DNA from: a virus
Lineage: Duplodnaviria; Caudoviricetes
Direction: 5' to 3' (one strand)
DNA length: 64,000 bases
Virus record (IMG/VR): IMGVR_UViG_2687453119_000006
Location: 1 to 64,000 of that record
Shown here: piece after piece, positions 56,676-64,000 of the stretch
Layout: the number at the start of each line of letters is the position of its first letter
Position numbering within the stretch: position 1 is the stretch's first letter
Program-made: the position numbers and the translations under genes
The notes under the pieces: generated by a model
What the model saw: only the letters and a program-made list of their open reading frames with translations
Database searches by the model: none
Told to the model about the DNA's origin: nothing

Positions 56676-57115
56676 GCGCCAATTCCCCGGTGGTTGGTGC
56701 GGACGTGGTCCGGAATGCCGGCATCCGTGATTTCGGCGCCGCAGAAGCATCTCGACCGGCCTGAAGTCCGCTGCGTCGGCAGCTGCAGGTGCTCGTCGTG
56801 CATCCGGCCCTTCCAGGCTTGGAAGTCGCGGTTCTGCCGCCACAGCTCGTAGTGCGCCTCGGTACGGGTTGCTGACAGCTGCCGCCAGGCCTCCTCGAAG
56901 CCGGCGCGCGCGTCATCGAAGGTCTCGCCGGTTCCGTGGGTCTGCTGGCCGGGATCGCAGCCAGGATAGAACCCACAGCTCCAGCCCCATTGCGTGGCGT
57001 GCGTGGGCACGCCAGCTCTCCGGCCGATGTGGCCGACCCGGACGTCCCCGAAGTAGACGAACCAGCCACCCTGGTGGTGTGGATCATTGTCCGGCCGACG
57101 TGTGAGCTGAGGCAT
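56672..57115 (-). CDS. Bradyrhizobium-type hypothetical protein
   Basis: W.W.CGFYPG, AR..FE.AW, CFCG. Confidence 0.7.
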   Translation of the reverse strand: MPQLTRRPDNDPHHQGGWFVYFGDVRVGHIGRRAGVPTHATQWGWSCGFYPGCDPGQQTHGTGETFDDARAGFEEAWRQLSATRTEAHYELWRQNRDFQAWKGRMHDEHLQLPTQRTSGRSRCFCGAEITDAGIPDHVRTNHRGIGA

Positions 57116-57223
57116 AGTGCAGAGATCCGAAGATCCGATGATCCGATGGGGCGGGGGCGCTTCGCGCCCAGGACCGTACCGTAACAGGGCCGGCGCGCGC
57201 GGTGGTTTTCGTTCGATTGACCG

Positions 57224-57360
57224 TGTCGGCCTCGCCGACAGGGTATGTCGGTTATCCCGACACGCCGTGTCGGCCTCGCCGACATCTTGAACCGTGTATA
57301 TTACTATCCGTAGATATTAGACTCCTATGGTTCAGTAGACTCTACTTAAGAACCAAGAGT
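57224..57360. repeat. Second iteron array plus AT-rich tract (ori-like)
   Basis: TGTCGG-N5-CCGACA at 57224, 57246, 57268 (22-bp period) matching the rep iterons. Confidence 0.8.
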
Positions 57361-57445
57361 GTAATGCGCGCTGCGCGCGTTTGCATTTCCTCCTCTGTCA
57401 GAAAAAGCCGTAACCTTTTTGCAACAGTCGGCCTGGGTGCCCGCA

Positions 57446-57599
57446 TTTGCATGACTGCAAAGGTGCTCTTGACAAAACCGGGGGATGGCCGTAGGAAAGG
57501 GGCTACATTGGCATTCGTGCAAACGAGAATGGGACCAGCAGGTCGGCATCCATAACCCCCGGGCAGGGAACTCGTGTCCGGACGTTTGCACGAATGCAA
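57446..57599 (+). promoter_or_regulatory. Rightward sigma70-like promoter with three operator copies
   Basis: TTGACA(57469)-17-TAGGAA; operators at 57446, 57509, 57585. Confidence 0.55.
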
Positions 57600-57624
57600 G
57601 TATTTCGAAGGGAGCGCTCCGACC

Positions 57625-58714
57625 ATGATGACCGATCTCATGTTCGTAGCCGCACTAGGCCAACTGACGATCCAGCTTCTGACGCTGTGCTTCGGCGCGA
57701 TGCTGATCCTGGCCGGAGCGCTCCTGCTGACGAGATGGATGGCCTCGGCCTCCGCCGATCTCGAAGACTGAGTTTCACAGAGCCCGTAGCAATGCCCTCG
57801 GCAGCTCGGGTCACCATTTGGGGGCGTCATGGCCGACGACAAGGAACAGATCAGACTGCTCGACCTCGCGCTTGATGCGCTGGAGGACGAGCTGAAGAGC
57901 TGGACCCGTCTCGGCACTTGGAAGACCGGCGTCACCCGCCTTGTGCGCAATCCGCTGCGCGCCGCGCCGATCGGCGCACCGGTCGACAAGGACGCCGAGA
58001 TCTCGTTCATCGACGTGCCGGACAGCGAGGTCAACGGCATCCTGACCCGCGTCGCCATGGACAAGGTCGTCACTGTGCTCCGCAAGGAGCTGCTGGGATG
58101 AACGTCGGCGAGTTTCTGCTGATCGCCGGCTGCTCGATCATCATCGCGGCCGGCATCACTGCCTGGCGCTTCAGACCGAAGCCTCGGGTCTCGGGCTGGT
58201 CCGCCGAGGACGTCGAGCTGCTGACCATGCCGGCGCACGAGCGTGTCGCTCGCCAGCTCTGCTGCTTCCACGGCCAGCCCGAATGGCGCCGATACACGGC
58301 GCTCGCCGTCGCCACGATCTTGCAGAGGAAGCCATGACCCGTCGCCGCCAGTTGCAGTTCATCCGCGCGCAAATCCGCGCAGAGTTTCACGACCGCCTGA
58401 CCCGCACGGTGCTCATCGCCTTCAGCATCTGCGCCGCCGCCAACCTCCTGTTCGGCGGCATCCACTGATTACCAAGAGCCCGCTGACTGCCCCGAGCAGC
58501 GCGGGTCCACCCTTCACCAAGAGGTCTGACGATGGCGAGATCGACATACATCTACACCGTCATGACCAACGGCGCTCCTGAGGCGGCGTTCACCGTCAAG
58601 CACGAGCTGGTCACCTATCTGGGCAAGCGAGACCCAATCCGGCCGCCGTACGTCCTCTACCAGCTCCGAGACGGCGGCAAGCAACCCGAACTCACGAGGA
58701 TCATCGAGCTGTGA
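57625..58714 (+). other. Small rightward genes (57625-57771, 57829-58101, 58098-58337, 58334-58468, 58532-58714)
   Basis: SD sequences and ATGA coupling; three are hydrophobic. Confidence 0.55.
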
Positions 58715-58944
58715 CCAAGGCCGGTGCCGATCCGATCTCGACATCACCGCTCGCCGCGATCGCGCTGCAAGCCATCACCCAGCTCGACAAGCTCGTCGGG
58801 CCGGTCGAGGCGCAGTTCTGGATGCAGCGGTCCAACGACTTTCTCGGCGGTGTCACACCGATCACCGCCATCAAGGAACGACGCACCGCCGACGTCATGT
58901 CCGCGGTGCGCCTCGTCGCCCTCGAAAAGGGGCTCTTCGAGTAG
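58711..58944 (+). CDS. Orphan Xre/MbcA/ParS-like antitoxin domain
   Basis: A.FWM..N..LGG.TP......V pattern (DUF2384-like). Confidence 0.55.
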   Translation: MTKAGADPISTSPLAAIALQAITQLDKLVGPVEAQFWMQRSNDFLGGVTPITAIKERRTADVMSAVRLVALEKGLFE

Positions 58945-58958
58945 CCCCGCAAGGGGAG

Positions 58959-59356
58959 ATGAACTTGAAGGACCGCTACGCACTCGTCGCTGCGACCGAG
59001 CATACCGCCCGGCAATACCTCAGCGCCTTCGATCTCAAGGATTGGGAAGCCTACGGCTACACCGCCGCGGTGACCGGCGCCCGCTTCGAGCGCCTCGTCA
59101 TCATGCGCCCGCACTGGAACGCAACCGGCGCAGAGCTGGCGAAGTTCGAGACCGAGTTCGTGCCCAACTGGGCCACGCGCGTACCGCCCGAGGGCGTCTA
59201 CAGGGTGATCTGATGAACCAGAACATCGTCAGCATCGTCTGTGCTGCCGTCCTGGTCTTCGCGACCGCCATCAACATCTTCGCCGCGGTCAAGCTGACGC
59301 GCGCCGAGGACAAGGTCAGCAACATCTTCTGTGTCGAGGCGCCGCAAGGGCGCTGA
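58959..59356 (+). other. Two small genes (58959-59213; 59213-59356 membrane peptide)
   Basis: SD GGGGAG; TGATG coupling. Confidence 0.55.
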
Positions 59357-59598
59357 GGAGCGCTCATGCCGTTTCCGTTTTCCGTATTCCTTTTCAGCTA
59401 CGTCATCTGGCAGGCCTCGATCGAGCGGGCTTTCCTCTACACCCCCGTCGAGGTGCGCCAGTGAGATGCTTCAAGACATTTGACCGTCTTCTCCTCCTCG
59501 CGCCCCTAATGCTCGTCATTGCAGCCGTCGTGGCGCTGCACCTGATCTGCCTGTTGTTCGGCTAGAGCACCCCCGGCGCGCAACCGAGCCACGCCAAA

Positions 59599-60105
59599 AT
59601 GAAAGCTCTGATCAACGCCCTCGCGGGCGCGCTGATGCTGTGCGCCCTGACGCCAGCGTCGGCCAAAGACGTGCCTGTCCAGTTCACTTCTGGCCGGGCC
59701 GCGACGTTCATCACCGACGACCAAGGTGGCATCATCACCGAGTTCGTCAAGAAGTACTCCGACATGCGCGACGCCGGCACCAACGTGGTGATCGACGGCG
59801 ACTGCGCATCAGCCTGCACCATCGTGCTTGGCATTCTGCGCCCCGAGAAGGTCTGCGCAACGCCCGATGCCTCTCTCGGCTTCCACTCCGCCACGGCCAT
59901 CACCCGTGAGGACGGCAAGGCGCCAGTCTTCGAGCACGCCGCCGAGATCTCCAAGCTCATCTTCAACAGCTACCCGGGCAAGGTCCGGGCCTGGCTGACG
60001 AAGCAGGGCTGGAACGGCAACAACCCCCATCCGGAAGTCATCTGGGCGAGGGGAGGTCAGGTCCGGAAGTTCATCCGGCCTTGCACCGCGGCGGACCTGT
60101 CGTGA
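59599..60105 (+). CDS. Exported ClpP/crotonase-like protein
   Basis: Signal peptide; D.GG, IDG.CASACT, LGFH. Confidence 0.75.
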   Translation: MKALINALAGALMLCALTPASAKDVPVQFTSGRAATFITDDQGGIITEFVKKYSDMRDAGTNVVIDGDCASACTIVLGILRPEKVCATPDASLGFHSATAITREDGKAPVFEHAAEISKLIFNSYPGKVRAWLTKQGWNGNNPHPEVIWARGGQVRKFIRPCTAADLS

Positions 60106-60452
60106 GCCGCCGCCCTCTGCCTGATCGGCGCAAGCTCCCGAAGGTCATCAAGGTCGGGATCACGGAATTCGAGCTGATCCACTGGGATCCCGTCGAGGCG
60201 GAAGCCGAGGGATGCCGTGGGCTCTGCAACGTCTTCGAATACCACATCAAGGTCCGGACCGATCTTGCGGACTCACATTTCGCGGAAGTGCTTGAGCACG
60301 AGATCAACCACGCCTGCTGGGCGGCGGCGAAGCTCAAGTTAAGAGCCAGTGAGGAGACGGTCGTCAATCGCTTGACGCCGGTCCTGATCATGGCCCGCCG
60401 CGACAACCCCGAGATCTATGCCTGGATCGATCGGGCGATCGCGAAAGCCTGA
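60102..60452 (+). CDS. HExxH metallopeptidase-like phage protein
   Basis: LEHEINHA; EE.VV motif. Confidence 0.65.
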   Translation: MSRRPLPDRRKLPKVIKVGITEFELIHWDPVEAEAEGCRGLCNVFEYHIKVRTDLADSHFAEVLEHEINHACWAAAKLKLRASEETVVNRLTPVLIMARRDNPEIYAWIDRAIAKA

Positions 60453-60454
60453 CC

Positions 60455-60721
60455 ATGTACAAGAACGTGATGGTCGCCTCTTCCAAGAGGCAGGCCTCGG
60501 CGATGATCGCCTGGATGAAGCTCGACGCCGACGTGTGGGAGCCGCTCGCATATGGCGACCCCGTCACCAAGCTCTACGCGCACGCCAAGCTCGTGCGGCC
60601 GAGCGAGGGCGTCGACCAAGCCCATTCCGACTGGGTGTTCGAGAAGCTCGTCCCCAACCTGTGCCTGACGGCGACCACAGTTCCTCCGAACTGGAAGATC
60701 CCGCAGGAGCACGTCGAATAA
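60455..60721 (+). CDS. Hypothetical phage protein
   Basis: Intact GC3-rich ORF. Confidence 0.6.
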   Translation: MYKNVMVASSKRQASAMIAWMKLDADVWEPLAYGDPVTKLYAHAKLVRPSEGVDQAHSDWVFEKLVPNLCLTATTVPPNWKIPQEHVE

Positions 60722-60764
60722 GCCAGCCGGATCACGTCCGGCCAACAACAAGAACAACAAGCCT

Positions 60765-60938
60765 ATGGCAAAATCAGCGAAGGCGCATTGGACGCGACGT
60801 CGTCTCATCGCCTACCTCGAAAATCGTGACGACAAGAGAAAGCAGGCAACGCCGCCGAGCGGCGAAGTGTTTCTGACCGATGTCGACGGTGCGATCCTGG
60901 TCGATCCGGAAGGCTACTACCTTACGGAAAAGCAATGA
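60765..60938 (+). CDS. 57-aa protein with L.D.DG..L.D.EG..L motif
   Basis: ATGA-coupled to SGNH gene; CAA-rich leader. Confidence 0.55.
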   Translation: MAKSAKAHWTRRRLIAYLENRDDKRKQATPPSGEVFLTDVDGAILVDPEGYYLTEKQ

Positions 60939-62197
60939 CCGCAAAGACGCGCCTTCTTACTTCGAGCAAGCTCTACCGTCATCCCAACACTGTCGTTGCC
61001 CTTGGCGACTCTCGAGTTGCTCAGATCCATGCGGACGGCGCCTACCGCAATAAGTCCGCCAACAACCACTTCGGCGTCGGCAACGCTCTCGCCGGACAAC
61101 GCGCCATTCTCGTCCAGAACCTCGGCTGGAGTGGAGACCGAACCGACCAGGCGCTGGTGCGTCTACAGGCCGCGATCGATAGCGGCGCCTACGTCCTCTA
61201 CATCCACCTGGGCGTCAACGACATCGCGCAGGCGTATCCGACTGCGACGACCTCTGGCATCACCGCCTGGAACAACATCAAGACGATGATCGACGCCGGC
61301 ATCGCCAACGGCATGCTGCCGCTCGTCGTCCTCGATCCTGGCGCGAACAACTTCTCGGCTGCCCAGATCACGCAGCTCATCATCCTGAACGAGAACATCC
61401 GCGAATATGCGGAGAAGGTTCGGATGGTGCTCTTCGATCTGGCGGCGGCGATCTACAATCCGGCGGCGACGTCGACGACCGCGATCTCGATCCTCGGAGC
61501 GATCGACGGCGTCCACGAGGCCAACCTCGGCGGCTATCTCGGCGGCAAGGCGTTCGCCCAGGTGCTGACGGCAATCATGCCGCCCCGGGCGCACGGCGTT
61601 CGCGGCGCGTTCGAGGTGCCGAGCAACTCGCTGATCAACCTGCTGACCAACCCGATGTTCACGGGCGGCACCACTGGTACGGTTGGCGCCGGCCTCACCG
61701 GCCAGGTCGGAACCAGTTGGATCGGCTCTCGCGCGGGCGGCGCAACAGCGACCGCTTCTGTGGCCGATGCATCGGACGGATCTGGCCTCAAGGAACAGAT
61801 CCTGGCTTGTACATTCACGGCGCTCAACGACGAGGTCAATGTCCATCAGGACGTCGCCCTTGCCAACTGGTCTCCGGGAGACATCCTCCAGGCCAGCGCC
61901 GAAGTCGTCGTCGACAACGCATCGTCGAACCTGGCTGGCGTGTATCTCTACCTTCAGGCCAACGGCACCGGCAACGGCTTCGGCGCCGTTACCGCGATGG
62001 ATGGCTACTGCCAAGGCACCGGGTGGGGCGCAGGCCCGACCGAGGGGCGCAAGTATCTCTTCGAGACCGAGAAGCTGATCGTGCCGAACTACACCACCAA
62101 GAGCTGGGTTACTGCTCACGTCAAGGCGATCGGCGCAGGCGTCGGCTCTGCGACCATGCGCGTTCGTCGCTTCCAGGTCCGCAAGCGGCTCTACTGA
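60935..62197 (+). CDS. SGNH/GDSL hydrolase with C-terminal beta-sandwich
   Basis: GDSR, GWSGD, GVND, DGVH blocks. Confidence 0.85.
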   Translation: MTAKTRLLTSSKLYRHPNTVVALGDSRVAQIHADGAYRNKSANNHFGVGNALAGQRAILVQNLGWSGDRTDQALVRLQAAIDSGAYVLYIHLGVNDIAQAYPTATTSGITAWNNIKTMIDAGIANGMLPLVVLDPGANNFSAAQITQLIILNENIREYAEKVRMVLFDLAAAIYNPAATSTTAISILGAIDGVHEANLGGYLGGKAFAQVLTAIMPPRAHGVRGAFEVPSNSLINLLTNPMFTGGTTGTVGAGLTGQVGTSWIGSRAGGATATASVADASDGSGLKEQILACTFTALNDEVNVHQDVALANWSPGDILQASAEVVVDNASSNLAGVYLYLQANGTGNGFGAVTAMDGYCQGTGWGAGPTEGRKYLFETEKLIVPNYTTKSWVTAHVKAIGAGVGSATMRVRRFQVRKRLY

Positions 62198-62892
62198 GAC
62201 AACACCATCCCCGGAGCACAGAACAGGGAGTAGGGACATCGATCCCTGACCGACTGCTAAGACCCGGCCTGCGGCGGGGGTTTCCTCCTCCTTTACCCCG
62301 CCGCGCCCGATGACAAATCAGCTCTGCTGCAAAACATCGGGCACCCAACGTTTCAACTCTAACCAGATAGGTGGACTGCCGCCCCGGTAACGGGTGTCGC
62401 CTCTAACGGGTAAGCCAGTATTCCCGTAGCCCTCGTAATTCTTCAAAGCGGCCTCTGAGGAGGAACGGCTGATCCCCGTCAACGCGATGCAGTTGAGGCA
62501 CCAGGTCGGTCGACTTCTGGATTGGACCGCCCCCACCTAATGGCTCGTGATGTCGCGCGGCGGCGTCATAGCGCACAGCCAATCGGCGAAGAGGTCCATG
62601 GTAAGTCGCCGACGACCGTTGTTACTATTCTGCCAGAATGGTGACAGAAGATCAGCGTGATGCAGATCGAGGTCGAAAGGATCAGAGTCGTCGTCCTGCG
62701 GGGCGGTGACGGTCACGAGCCAACTATTACTCCCCAAGAGCGGTGACGCGACATGCGTCCAGCGCAGGAACTGCGCGATGGCGATGGTGCCCCACGAGCC
62801 CTGAGATCCGACACGAGGCGCTCCGCTCTTGCTATCTTTCCCTCGCGGATATTTGATGCTGGCCTGCTGGTCATTGAGAAAGCGAGACCGAA

Positions 62893-63531
62893 ATGGGTTG
62901 GGTCGAAGAGATGTTCAAAGCCGGACAGAGCCCATCCGTCTGGCTGTCAAGTGCCGAAAGCCTACAGGCTGCGGCCGAAACTATATTGGAGCGCGAAGAA
63001 GCGGGCGCGCCTGCCTATTTCAACGCGCTTGAGGCCGCGGGGCGTGAGGCGGTCGAGAAGTCCTATTCTTCAGAAGATAAAACGGGCGTGGCGGAGGTGC
63101 GCTGCGAACCTCCAAATTATTTGCCGGCGCAATTGCTTTACGCATTCGCGCTTGAGAACGTTTTCAAGGGGATGATGGTCGCCAACGATCCGACCCTAGC
63201 GAACGAGACGAAGCTCAATAGTGAGCTGAAGTCGCATGAGCTAGATGGACTAGCCGCCAAAGCTGGCTTCGCCCTGTCAAACGAGGAGCAGTCGTTACTA
63301 AGAACACTGAGTGAGATCGCAATTTGGGCCGGGAGATACCCAGTGGCATCGAGATTGCGCGATCACACGTCGCCCCCAATGAGCGATCCGCACGACCTTC
63401 TAAATTTTGGAAGACAGCACCCGACGCTGCGGTCGGTTTTCCAGAGAGCCAAGGAAACACTTGTTTCCAAAATACCCCATGAGATTGCGCGGTTTGGCGT
63501 AGTCGTGGCGCTACCCTCGGAACCGCAATGA
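62893..63531 (+). CDS. HEPN-like domain protein
   Basis: A.E..FKG, SHEL..LA, W.GRYP; lower GC. Confidence 0.6.
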   Translation: MGWVEEMFKAGQSPSVWLSSAESLQAAAETILEREEAGAPAYFNALEAAGREAVEKSYSSEDKTGVAEVRCEPPNYLPAQLLYAFALENVFKGMMVANDPTLANETKLNSELKSHELDGLAAKAGFALSNEEQSLLRTLSEIAIWAGRYPVASRLRDHTSPPMSDPHDLLNFGRQHPTLRSVFQRAKETLVSKIPHEIARFGVVVALPSEPQ

Positions 63532-63805
63532 AGTCACCCATTGGCGCGCGCAAACGACCGTCTTAGGATTCGCCATGTGTCAAGCCGAGCGTTCGCTGTT
63601 GCGAGCACAGCCCGTCACCGATTGAGTGACGGGCACCAATGGAGCCCCAGACGCGCCTCTCACGGCAAGCGCCGGCACAAGACCAGTGTCCGCGTGTGAT
63701 GCTTCTGGGCCACCCGGGCCGCGGCTGGTCTCGCGGTCACGCGAGAGGGTGGGCGCTGTTGAGGAGCAGCAGGCAAGGCCCTGAGAAGGTCGTCCTCACC
63801 CATTC

Positions 63806-63880
63806 GTCAGTGTAGCTCAATGGTAGAGCAGCGGCTTCATAAGCCGCAGGTCGTTGGTTCAACTCCTCCCGCTGGCACCA
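63806..63880 (+). tRNA. Phage tRNA with CAT anticodon (Met or Ile2), mismatched T-stem
   Basis: Acceptor GTCAGTG/CGCTGGC, D arm GCTC/GAGC, anticodon arm GCGGC-TTCATAA-GCCGC, CCA end. Confidence 0.8.
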
Positions 63881-64000
63881 ATTCGATCGAGGACGGAACG
63901 GCCTCCCGTCGCGCCATGATGACGATGGCAAAGTAGCTGACGCCGCCGCATTGCGGGTAGCGAAGAGATGCGGGACAGGGCACCCCGCCGATCGAACGAA

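Larger units (their letters stand above)
658..64000. mobile_element. Large prophage (left part; continues beyond window)
   Basis: Starts right after tRNA-Pro; AlpA/Xis, phage replication, recombination and nucleotide genes, CI-like repressor, rIIA/B, densely coupled small ORFs. Confidence 0.93.

Noticed and set aside
62360-62540. tmRNA or hammerhead ribozyme (CTGAGGA; GCCCCCACC end)
   Set aside because: No GAAA core in hammerhead geometry, and no tRNA-like domain or tag reading frame found.
1-64000. Reverse transcriptase systems (retron, DGR), DNA polymerase, integrase, methyltransferase
   Set aside because: No diagnostic motifs seen in any ORF of this window.

Overview
Alphaproteobacterial chromosome, GC-rich and Bradyrhizobium-like (inferred). 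A host DUF192 gene and tRNA-Pro(TGG) at 581-657 are followed by the left ~63 kb of a large temperate phage that runs past the window end. No integrase, terminase or capsid genes are visible in this window. From ~0.8 to 51 kb almost everything is transcribed leftward: AlpA/Xis, ThyX with an HNH nuclease, a TAXI-type binding protein, MazG-like enzymes, a class Id-type ribonucleotide reductase, Sak/YqaJ recombination genes, DnaQ, SSB, a split primase-helicase, an iteron-containing Rep, UvrD, rIIA/rIIB, an M28 peptidase, AIPR, an HD alarmone hydrolase and dozens of small early genes. RuvC and a CI-like repressor run rightward at 19.5-21.1 kb. An accessory island (51.5-57.1 kb) and a rightward arm (SGNH hydrolase, HEPN protein, tRNA-CAT) follow. 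The most notable unannotated structure is: (1) a ~580-nt highly structured minus-strand ncRNA candidate at 46.5-47.1 kb; (2) about 20 copies of a pseudo-palindromic operator; (3) a second stand-alone copy of the Rep iteron origin at 57.2 kb; (4) gene-encoded ssrA-like NDN...AA tails on early proteins; (5) tandem RDRP(P)RAGA micropeptides; (6) a repressor lacking the S24 cleavage dyad, together with LexA-like boxes. All family calls come from motif recognition by eye; no database searches were run.
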